64,000 bases of DNA from Candidatus Thorarchaeota archaeon. Its GTDB lineage: Archaea; Asgardarchaeota; Thorarchaeia; Thorarchaeales; Thorarchaeaceae. The stretch covers positions 44,049 to 108,048 of the forward strand of contig JAGSHN010000005.1 of assembly GCA_029855935.1 (NCBI GenBank), read 5' to 3'. Below are positions 29,953-38,222 of the stretch, piece by piece. The notes under the pieces are model-generated. The model was not told the origin of the DNA, ran no database searches, and saw only the letters and a list, made by a program, of their open reading frames with translations. Numbering within the stretch: position 1 is the stretch's first letter; every line of letters starts with the position of its first letter. The translations under genes were made by a program, and so were the position numbers.

Positions 29953-30919
29953 ACACGGGGCGAAGACCCAATGATCTCGCAGTCTCGACACCTGCTTCAC
30001 TGGCGTAGGCTATGCCATTGACACCAGCCCGGACCGCGTACTCATCAGTGGCCCTCTTGTGGACACCAAGAGGACGAGCACATCCTAAGAGGACCGGGAT
30101 AGAGGGGAAGCCCAGCCGAGCGGCCAGTATGACGCGTCCCACGCTCTCCGGCGGCGGAGGTGACAGTCCCTCCATGGGAGTATGACGCAGAGGACTCAGA
30201 ACAATTATGACAACTGCCGCGGGAGAGAACTCTCCGACCAAGCTCAGGGCCTCAATCTCCCCACGGAGCCGCCCAAAATAGAGACCAACCATGATGTGTG
30301 GAACGACGCGAACGTCAGAGCTTCTTAGAAGCGTCAACGACTCACGGACTATCGCTGCGCCATTCTCAAGATGATAGACCTCTCTTGCGACAACATCGTC
30401 GGCGATAACATCCATCATCGCAGCATCAACGCCAACGTCGGCGAGCATCTCGGCGGTCGGCGCATCGACGAGCCCGGTATGTACAACGACTGTCAAATCG
30501 AGGTCTTCCTTGACAGTACGAATGGCATCTCTGTATCGGAGGAGTGGGACGTGACCCTGAAGATCCGATCCGCCACTGATGAGTAGGCCCACTCCGCCGT
30601 GTTCGCTGACCTCACGAGCCCGTTGAACGAGCTGCTCTGGACTCAGTGCGGGCTCCATCCCCTTCAGCAGCTGTCCCTTGCAATGCTCGCACTGAAGCGC
30701 ACACGCTTGGCCGGTTACGCTGAGAGAGATGAAGTTGTGTCGGTTCGATTGGGAATGGGATGGAATGGAATGCGGATAGGATGTGGGTCCATAACAGAAC
30801 AGCTCGCGACCAAATCGGTTAGTCCGCAGACGAAGGCCCTCTCTCAGACGGGCCTCAAACTCGGCAGACGGCACAGCAAGGAGGCTGCGCCCATCACTGA
30901 GCAGGTCGAAATCTACCAT
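29897..30919 (-). CDS. Radical SAM protein, archaeal lipoyl synthase LipS1-like
   Basis: CALQCEHC (CX3CX2C), GCARP and C-terminal CC motifs; start at MVDFD. Confidence 0.7.
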   Translation of the reverse strand: MVDFDLLSDGRSLLAVPSAEFEARLREGLRLRTNRFGRELFCYGPTSYPHSIPSHSQSNRHNFISLSVTGQACALQCEHCKGQLLKGMEPALSPEQLVQRAREVSEHGGVGLLISGGSDLQGHVPLLRYRDAIRTVKEDLDLTVVVHTGLVDAPTAEMLADVGVDAAMMDVIADDVVAREVYHLENGAAIVRESLTLLRSSDVRVVPHIMVGLYFGRLRGEIEALSLVGEFSPAAVVIIVLSPLRHTPMEGLSPPPPESVGRVILAARLGFPSIPVLLGCARPLGVHKRATDEYAVRAGVNGIAYASEAGVETARSLGLRPVFIDVCCSLAFEHVVTSGS

Positions 30920-31046
30920 TTCACAGTGGCACAGCCATGGCGGTGTTATAGAGTTGTCGTATCTTGCCAGATGAGAAGCTACAAGTACTAGATGGGGGAG
31001 GGCCGTGTTGAGGTCTAAGCAGACTATCGAGGTCTTCGCGAGGCGG

Positions 31047-32495
31047 ATGGCGGTGAGCCAGAACACGAATGATGAGATTGACATCTTCTTCAGTGCCAAG
31101 AGTGTTGCAATATACGGAGCGTCGGCCACTCCGAACAGTGTCGGACAGGCTATCGTACAGAACTTCATCAAGCCACAGTTCACGGGTAGGGTCTATGCTG
31201 TTAACCCGAAATACTCTCAAGTACTGGGAATACCATGTTATCCTTCTCTTCAGGATATTCCCGATGAGATTGATATGGTCGTGGTTGCCGTCCCAGCAAG
31301 AATCACGCCACGCGTCTTTGAGGACATTGCGGCAAAGGGTGTGAAGGCGGCAATTGTCATATCGGGTGGATTCTCGGAAACCGGTCCCCGTGGTGCGGAA
31401 CTTGAGGACCAGATAGTCAAGATTGCACGTGAGAACGGAATTCGTGTCATCGGACCCAACTGTGTTGGCGTCATCGACACAACGACCCACATTGACACCT
31501 TTTTCCTCCCTGAGTACAGATGTAGTAGGCCTCGAGCCAGCAATGTCGCTAATATCTCGCTGGTCTCGCAGTCAGGAGCGTTTGCTGCGGCGATCGCCGA
31601 CTGGACCGCCGAACTTGGAATTGGAATGTCCAAGATAATCAGCCTCGGTAACAAGTGTGATGTGGATGATGACGACCTGCTCAGATATCTCGCCGCGGAC
31701 GACTCCACACAGGTGATATGCTTCTACACGGAGGGCTATGACCCGGGGAAGGGTCGATCATTCTTCGACACAGCAAAGGAGGTGACACCGCACAAGCCAG
31801 TCATAGTCGTCAAGTCAGGCAGAGGAAAGAGGGCAAAGGAGGCGGCCAGCTCGCACACGGGATCACTTGCAGGCTCTGATCAGGTCGCGGGTGCAGCCTA
31901 CAAACAGGCGGGCGTCATAAGGGCGGACAACTTCGAGCACATGTTCGATATGGCCAGGGCACTTGCAATGCAGCCACCAGCACGAGGTGATAGGGTTCTG
32001 ATGGTAACGAACGGAGGGGGCCTAGGAGTGATGACCACAGATGCTCTTGAAGCGGAGGGACTCGCTATTCCGCACCCATCGCCCGAGCTTACCGAGAGGC
32101 TGCAGGAGAGGCTGCCGAGCTACTGTGCAATAGGCAATCCGATAGACGTTGTTGGTGACTCCGACTCATCAAGATACGACATAGTCTTCGAGGAGGCCCT
32201 CAAGAGCGGTGAATACGACATAGTTGTGGTCGGAATGCTTCTTCAGACCCCTACCCTGGGGATGGACATAACCAATGTCATCGCGAACCATCAGCGTCAG
32301 TCAGGAGTCCCCTTCGTGGCAGTCGCAATGGGAGGCGCATTCACGAGTAAGGCAGGAGAGATTATGGAACTGATGGGGGTCCCAACATACGCAACTGGCG
32401 AGAAGGCTGCAGTGGCTGCAAAGGCGTTGGCTACGTATGGTGAGATCAAGTATCGAGACAAGTTCAGGAGGACGTTGTTTCCTGATAACCCATAA
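31047..32495 (+). CDS. acdA: ADP-forming acyl-CoA synthetase, alpha subunit
   Basis: ISGGFSE, GPNCVG, SQSGA, SHTGSLAG (phospho-His), NPIDV. Confidence 0.92.
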   Translation: MAVSQNTNDEIDIFFSAKSVAIYGASATPNSVGQAIVQNFIKPQFTGRVYAVNPKYSQVLGIPCYPSLQDIPDEIDMVVVAVPARITPRVFEDIAAKGVKAAIVISGGFSETGPRGAELEDQIVKIARENGIRVIGPNCVGVIDTTTHIDTFFLPEYRCSRPRASNVANISLVSQSGAFAAAIADWTAELGIGMSKIISLGNKCDVDDDDLLRYLAADDSTQVICFYTEGYDPGKGRSFFDTAKEVTPHKPVIVVKSGRGKRAKEAASSHTGSLAGSDQVAGAAYKQAGVIRADNFEHMFDMARALAMQPPARGDRVLMVTNGGGLGVMTTDALEAEGLAIPHPSPELTERLQERLPSYCAIGNPIDVVGDSDSSRYDIVFEEALKSGEYDIVVVGMLLQTPTLGMDITNVIANHQRQSGVPFVAVAMGGAFTSKAGEIMELMGVPTYATGEKAAVAAKALATYGEIKYRDKFRRTLFPDNP

Positions 32496-32541
32496 ATAGG
32501 ACTTGAATTCAGACGGTAAGTGAAAGAGAGGTCTGCGAGCA

Positions 32542-33261
32542 ATGAAGATTGCCAAGAAGATATTCGAAACCGCACGAAGCGAGAACAGGAGTTTTGTCTT
32601 GGAGAATGAGGCCAAGGAGATAATGAGGGCCTACGGCATTCCGGTGCCCCCATTTGACACAGCAACCACTGCAGATGAGGCCGTTGAGAAGTCCAAAGAG
32701 ATTGGATTTCCAGTCGTGTTGAAAATACTGTCGAAAGACATTCTTCACAAGTCGGATGCAGGAGGGGTCAAGGTAAATCTACGGACAGAGGATGAGGTCA
32801 GAGAAGCGTTTCAAACAATAATGGAGAATGCGAGGAAGTATGGCGAGGAGCACGGTATTGATGTCGATCTGAGTAGAGGCGTGTTCGTTTCCAAGTTCGC
32901 AGACGAGGGCACTGAGGTCATCATCGGTGTCACACGCGACCCTCAGTTTGGTCACGCAATCATGTTTGGCCTTGGCGGCATATTTGTAGAAGTTCTCAAG
33001 GATGTGACCTTTAGGCTCATTCCTCTGACTGAGAGTGATGCCAGAGAGATGATTAGAGAGATAAAGGCCGCAAAGATACTCGACGGGATAAGGGGACAGC
33101 CTCCACGAGACACCGACGCCCTTGTCAAGGTGATTCTTGCCGTGTCAAAAATGGTAGAGGAGAACCCAGAGATTCGGGAGCTGGACTGCAATCCCACTTT
33201 CGTCTATGAGAAGGGCAATGGAGCGCTTGTGGTCGATGCACGAATCCTAATTGATGTGTAG
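32542..33261 (+). CDS. acdB: ADP-forming acyl-CoA synthetase, beta subunit (ATP-grasp)
   Basis: HKSDAGGV, MFGLGGIFVEVLKDV, ELDCNP, VDAR. Confidence 0.92.
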   Translation: MKIAKKIFETARSENRSFVLENEAKEIMRAYGIPVPPFDTATTADEAVEKSKEIGFPVVLKILSKDILHKSDAGGVKVNLRTEDEVREAFQTIMENARKYGEEHGIDVDLSRGVFVSKFADEGTEVIIGVTRDPQFGHAIMFGLGGIFVEVLKDVTFRLIPLTESDAREMIREIKAAKILDGIRGQPPRDTDALVKVILAVSKMVEENPEIRELDCNPTFVYEKGNGALVVDARILIDV

Positions 33262-34458
33262 TCCTCCAGCCTGTGCGTTGTACTGACGGAACATGTTTCC
33301 CAAGAGAACAAGGGCTCGCTTGATGTCCGTATCCCCGATACGACCAGCATCGGTAGTGCCAATCGCGAGAAAGAGGATCAGTGACACGAGACGTGGAACT
33401 AGCCGGGGATTATGGAGGAGGAACTCCCGCCCTTGCGACTCTGCAACCAGGCTCTCAATCCGCTGACCGAGTAGGTCTAGGCGCTCAACCGTCGAGGATT
33501 CCCGAGGCAGACGAACAAGACACTGTTCCACAAGACGGTCGTCACCGAACATCTCCGTCTTGATACCGGCAGACTCCAGAACCGACATTGCCTCGGCCAT
33601 CATAGACTCATATTCATCGGCCTCCACACGATCAATACCAGCCATTGCTGACCGCAGTTGGACAAGAAGTCGGAACGAGTTTGTCAGGACCATTCGGATG
33701 GACCGTAGAGAGCGGCCTCTCACCGTGGGGGTCTTTGTGGATTCGAGAACAGCTGCACGGGACGACTCCAGCTTTCGTTCAAACCCCGGGGAGAGTGTCA
33801 CAGATGCAATCCTAGGCAAGACTGGACTACGGCAGACTTGTCGTAGCGCACCGAGCGAGAGAAAGTCATCGGTAGGCGTGTAGAACAGCAGTATTCTCAT
33901 TGTGTCGTATGCGATCTCAAAGTCGGCCTCCTCCGTCACTGAGCGGCCATGCCCGTGACACGAGAACGCACTGAGCAGGGCCCACGAGGAGAGAATCTCA
34001 TCACGCAGTCTCTCACAGTTGCCCCGCTCACAGATATCATGTTCAGACAGGAACGAGTGAATTCGTTCGGCGGCACTGTCTATTCTAGAGAGGGTTGGAC
34101 CCGAGAAACGGACGGTCGAAGCCTCCCTGATGGACTCGCGGGGGTCGTACGAGGGCGGACGAATGATGAATCCGGGCTGCTCACGCGTCATCATCCACCA
34201 TCGTGAGGTTGAGGAGAAGTAGTCAAGCGTGTCTACACTGGCCGTGAGTGATGTGGAATCGGCATTGGACTGTGAACGAAGATAGGAAACAAGCCGGCAG
34301 ATTAGCATCATGAACCTTGAGAGATGTGACGACATCTTGTCGCCAGCAAACTGAATGTCGGAGAACTTGTCTGTTATGAGGCTCATTCTAGAGGTGACAT
34401 GGTCATCGATGAGTATGGAGATGATACCCCGGTATACCTCTAGAGGTGTCCTTGCCAA
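33247..34458 (-). CDS. Hypothetical helical protein
   Basis: 403-aa ORF filling the gap; no catalytic motif recognised. Confidence 0.6.
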   Translation of the reverse strand: MARTPLEVYRGIISILIDDHVTSRMSLITDKFSDIQFAGDKMSSHLSRFMMLICRLVSYLRSQSNADSTSLTASVDTLDYFSSTSRWWMMTREQPGFIIRPPSYDPRESIREASTVRFSGPTLSRIDSAAERIHSFLSEHDICERGNCERLRDEILSSWALLSAFSCHGHGRSVTEEADFEIAYDTMRILLFYTPTDDFLSLGALRQVCRSPVLPRIASVTLSPGFERKLESSRAAVLESTKTPTVRGRSLRSIRMVLTNSFRLLVQLRSAMAGIDRVEADEYESMMAEAMSVLESAGIKTEMFGDDRLVEQCLVRLPRESSTVERLDLLGQRIESLVAESQGREFLLHNPRLVPRLVSLILFLAIGTTDAGRIGDTDIKRALVLLGNMFRQYNAQAGGLHIN

Positions 34459-34552
34459 ACCTCATCGTCTCCTCCGACTGGAGCGGCGCGCCTGTTCTGT
34501 GGGAGTTGTCCGACAGAAACCACATATAAAACACAGTGTCACTCGCCATATT

Positions 34553-35320
34553 CTACTGACCAAAGCGGCGAGAACGACGCTCGTATGATCTCAGGGCACG
34601 CCATATGTCAATTCGCCGAACAGCAGGCCAGTATATCTGAGCAAAGTACAGCTCGGAGTAGGCCGACTGCCACAGAAGGAACCCGGAGAGACGCTCCTCG
34701 CCGGATGTCCGAATTATCAAATCGGGATCGGGGAGACCGTGAGTGTAGAGATGCTGCTCGATGACGGACTCGTCAATCCTTGAGGGATCCAGCTCACCTC
34801 TCTGTGCCTTCTCAGCAATTGCACGGACCGCATCCACGAGCTCCGCTCGTCCCGAGTACCCAATCGCGATGTTGAGAATATGGTCCGAGTAGTGGGCGGT
34901 CGCCTCTTCGGCCATCCGGATGGCCTCACGCACATCCTCAGGAAGGAGGTCGACACGACCAATTGCATTAATCCTGACGCGATGTCTATGGACATCCGGG
35001 TTGCTGACGACCTCGTTGAACTTCTCCTTAGCAATCTCCATTATCTCACGGACTTCCTGTTCGTTGCGGCGAAAATTCTCCATTGAAAACGTGTACAGCG
35101 TGCAGACCTTTACTCCCGCCTCCCATAGTATCCGCAATACCTCCATGACCTTCTGAGCACCCAGTCTGTGACCATACCACGGCGCGTCCAAGCCATGCTC
35201 TCTAGCGTACCGTCGGTTGCCATCCAGGATAATTCCGACATGCCGAGGGGCTCTGTCCTTGTTCAGCTGTCGATAGAGCACGTACTCGTAGAGGCGATAC
35301 ATAGGCCCAGTGAGATTCAA
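34553..35320 (-). CDS. uppS: cis-prenyltransferase (polyprenyl diphosphate synthase)
   Basis: HVGIILDGNRR, FSMENFRR, IRTSGEERLSGFLLWQ, RRFG. Confidence 0.95.
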   Translation of the reverse strand: MNLTGPMYRLYEYVLYRQLNKDRAPRHVGIILDGNRRYAREHGLDAPWYGHRLGAQKVMEVLRILWEAGVKVCTLYTFSMENFRRNEQEVREIMEIAKEKFNEVVSNPDVHRHRVRINAIGRVDLLPEDVREAIRMAEEATAHYSDHILNIAIGYSGRAELVDAVRAIAEKAQRGELDPSRIDESVIEQHLYTHGLPDPDLIIRTSGEERLSGFLLWQSAYSELYFAQIYWPAVRRIDIWRALRSYERRSRRFGQ

Positions 35321-35398
35321 TTGTGTGGCACACCCCTTGCAAGGGGTCCCTCTCTAGACAACCCCCTATTAGGATTGTGAATCATGAATAGAGGGGGA

Positions 35399-35770
35399 CT
35401 ATATCATCGTGGCAATCTTGCTTGCAGCCTGCTTCACGTCAATATGGACAAGCCCAATCTTGACGTTAGCAGTTGTGGAAACAGTCAGACACGCATTCAG
35501 ACCAGCCTGTACGACAAGCACCCAGCCATCGGAACCCTTGACACTGACCTGCTCGAGCTCGCCCTTGCCCAGCTCGATAGCCGCCTTCTCGCCGAGCGTC
35601 AGCATAGCTGCTGTTATCGCCGCGAGCTTTGCCTCATCTACATCTGCGGGCAACGCAGAAACGATTGGAAGCCCCTCGACGCTCACTATGGCACAGGCCT
35701 CAATCTCAGGGATATCCCCCTGAAGCTCATTGAGAATGCTTTCAAGAGTTTCGCCTCTAGACTCGCTCAT
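35399..35770 (-). CDS. Roadblock/LC7 protein (MglB-like)
   Basis: AIVSVEGLPIVSAL...LAAITAAMLTLGEKAAIELGKGELEQVSVKG. Confidence 0.92.
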   Translation of the reverse strand: MSESRGETLESILNELQGDIPEIEACAIVSVEGLPIVSALPADVDEAKLAAITAAMLTLGEKAAIELGKGELEQVSVKGSDGWVLVVQAGLNACLTVSTTANVKIGLVHIDVKQAASKIATMI

Positions 35771-35786
35771 TCTGCTCACCTGGGTG

Positions 35787-36350
35787 CTACTTGTACAGTC
35801 TTTTGAGGATTACTTCACGCGATATGGCTTGAAACGCCCTCTTAACTCCTACGCCCTGAATGGCAATGGTTTCGTAGATCGGGACGTTGCCGCCCAATCC
35901 GAGTAGGTCGAGCATCTCTTCACGCGACATCCTGTTGGGTAGGTCACGCTTGTTGAGCATGACCACTATCGGAATTTCTCTGCCAAGAGCGTCCCCGAGA
36001 AACATCTTAAGCTCTTCGAAACTCTCCACGTTTTCCTCTCGCTGGTCTGGGGAGGAGTCGGCCACAAAGATGATGCCATCAGCACCTTGGAGGACGACCT
36101 TTCGTTGATGCCGGTGCCGTTTCTGACCAGCGACCGTGAACACGTCAAATAGAACACGTCCACCTGCGCTCATCGGTGCGTAGTCGAAGAAGAGGGTGCG
36201 ATTGGTTTCGTCCTCGATCGACGTGAACTCGCCCTTCTGCAATCCCTCGACCTTTGCATAGAGCCATCGCAGTGCAGTTGTCTTCCCGCCCAGACTGGGC
36301 CCGTAGAAAACAATCTTGAAATGAATACGGCCCTTATCGTCTTTCCTCAC
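35787..36350 (-). CDS. MglA-like small GTPase
   Basis: GPSLGGKTT, RTLFFDY, TVAGQ (G3 without Asp, as in MglA), NKRD. Confidence 0.9.
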   Translation of the reverse strand: MRKDDKGRIHFKIVFYGPSLGGKTTALRWLYAKVEGLQKGEFTSIEDETNRTLFFDYAPMSAGGRVLFDVFTVAGQKRHRHQRKVVLQGADGIIFVADSSPDQREENVESFEELKMFLGDALGREIPIVVMLNKRDLPNRMSREEMLDLLGLGGNVPIYETIAIQGVGVKRAFQAISREVILKRLYK

Positions 36351-36586
36351 ACAAACACCTCACTGATCTCTGCGCTCCGTTGATGGCAGTCACACCAGTC
36401 AGTAGATTGAACAATACCATCTTGTGGCCTCACTGTGGACAAGCGTAAGTCAGTTGGGAACGACGGCGGATGCCACCATGAACGGGATGGCCTCCGCAGG
36501 CGGGGAGTGTAAGAAATGTAGTCTCATAAAAGCCTTTGTCCGTCGTCTGGCCCGACTTGACTGAAACTGTGCTGTGCCGCGGACAA

Positions 36587-37057
36587 TCACACTCTCTCAA
36601 GCTCTGCAAGCGCGGACTTTAGATCTTCCTCGTCGAGCTCTCGGTCCTTTGAGGGTGCTCCGGGCTCCACAGCCAAGAACTTGTCGAGCTCCTCGGCCAG
36701 CTGCTCACCTTGCTTCTTCATCACCATTCGTATGAGGCCGATATTGACCTCCTTGGCCTCGGAAACCACGCATAGCACGCCCTTGCCGCATGCGGATGCA
36801 AAGATCTTGCCCTCTGAGAACTCCGAGGTGACAATCTCAAGCTCTCCAAGCTGCAAGTTCTTCCCCTGTTCCTCGCTTGCACAGAACACGGCACTGGCTA
36901 TGGCCCCAATGCTATCAACATCAACTGCAAAGTAAGCCAACCGAGATACGTGGGCAATGGTCAGGCCAGTCTTGTCAACCAGGATCACCCTTCGAATACC
37001 GCGGTCCTGCCTGATGATGTCCGTGAGAATCTTGTCGAACCTCTTAGGATCGCTCAT
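36587..37057 (-). CDS. Roadblock/LC7 protein with acidic C-terminal helix
   Basis: ILVDKTGLTIA, IGAIASAVF..SEEQG, NIGLIRM; tail ELDEEDLKSALAELERV. Confidence 0.88.
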   Translation of the reverse strand: MSDPKRFDKILTDIIRQDRGIRRVILVDKTGLTIAHVSRLAYFAVDVDSIGAIASAVFCASEEQGKNLQLGELEIVTSEFSEGKIFASACGKGVLCVVSEAKEVNIGLIRMVMKKQGEQLAEELDKFLAVEPGAPSKDRELDEEDLKSALAELERV

Positions 37058-37070
37058 GCGTCATACCCCT

Positions 37071-37370
37071 TCAATTTGTGCTCTTCAGAACGACTAGTAT
37101 CAGACCCTCCTTGACGTCGGGTGCAATGTTGATTTGACCCTTGCTCGTGTCAAGCGTTAGGAATGATAGAGAGCCCTCTCTCAGTTCCCGAACCGCCTCT
37201 AGCGCCTTTCCGACAAGAGAGGTCACAATTGCAGCAACAATCTCTGTGGTCTCGGGGTCGAGGTCGCTGCTGAGAGGAAGCCCCTCCATATTGGTGACGA
37301 CAATTCCTCTGACACCCTCTTGGGCCTTCAGTCTTGAAAGAATTGTCTCGAGCTTCTCTTGGCTGACCAA
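37071..37370 (-). CDS. Short roadblock/LC7 protein (DYNLRB-like length)
   Basis: GVRGIVVTNMEGLPLSS...LSFLTLDTSKGQINIAPD..LILVVL. Confidence 0.9.
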   Translation of the reverse strand: MVSQEKLETILSRLKAQEGVRGIVVTNMEGLPLSSDLDPETTEIVAAIVTSLVGKALEAVRELREGSLSFLTLDTSKGQINIAPDVKEGLILVVLKSTN

Positions 37371-37652
37371 CCGTCGATCCCCACTATGATTTGTTGTATT
37401 TCAGCAGTCTGTACCTCACGCAGGGGTATTTTAGACTTGTGGCAATGTGTACTTGACGGAGGCCACATTTTGCGCATTTTGACATATTCCAAATGTACTG
37501 CCTGATTCCGTCATCGAATACTCAACAATACGCGTACATCGCGATAAGGGACGGTAGAGGTGAGGCGTTATTAAATGGTAGAAGATATAAACAGGACGTG
37601 AGAACAATTCAAGCAAGCCAGTCCACGCGATGTGGCCCGGAGGACCGTCACA

Positions 37653-38021
37653 ATGGTTGACAAAGCGAAGGTCGAGAGCATTGTAGCAGACGTGATGGCG
37701 GCCAACGCGGACATCCAAGGAATAGTTGTGTGCAACGCGAAGGGCGAGGTGATCTTTGGTCACACCATCACTGAGGACATCAAGCATGCCGATGTAGCCA
37801 AATTGGCCGTCAAGATAGCAGGGGACTCTGCGGAGCTTGTCGCGGGCCTCGATCAGGGGGGATTGAAGGAGGTCACGATTGCCTCTGAGAAGGGGCTGGT
37901 TGTCATCCTAGGGGACGCGGAGATAATCCTTGCAGGTATCGCCGGAGAAACTGCACGTGAGGCGATGGGTCTCATACGGATTGCACTGCGAAGAGCACTC
38001 CTCAATATGGTTGCAAAGTAA
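37653..38021 (+). CDS. Roadblock/LC7 protein
   Basis: GIVVCNAKGEVI...LDQGGLKEVTIASEKG...MGLIR; GGAGG SD before ATG 37653. Confidence 0.85.
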   Translation: MVDKAKVESIVADVMAANADIQGIVVCNAKGEVIFGHTITEDIKHADVAKLAVKIAGDSAELVAGLDQGGLKEVTIASEKGLVVILGDAEIILAGIAGETAREAMGLIRIALRRALLNMVAK

Positions 38022-38222
38022 CCTTTCAGCAGCGGCTGCTCTATGGAAACGGCGTTGTTGCTTGCAAGAGTGAGGCGCAGTCGTTTGGCGCCATATCAGA
38101 TATGCTAATATTGTCTTGATAATACGATGGTATTACCAAGTGTATTTAGTGGCACGTATCTTCCAGATATATCGGTGCCACGAGAGAACAGGGTGCCTCA
38201 ACCGACCGGACGGGATTGTGAC

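Noticed and set aside
36476-36490. SECIS or K-loop (AUGA...GA) motif
   Set aside because: Only 4 nt between AUGA and GA, poor flanking pairing, and no in-frame UGA selenoprotein candidate nearby.
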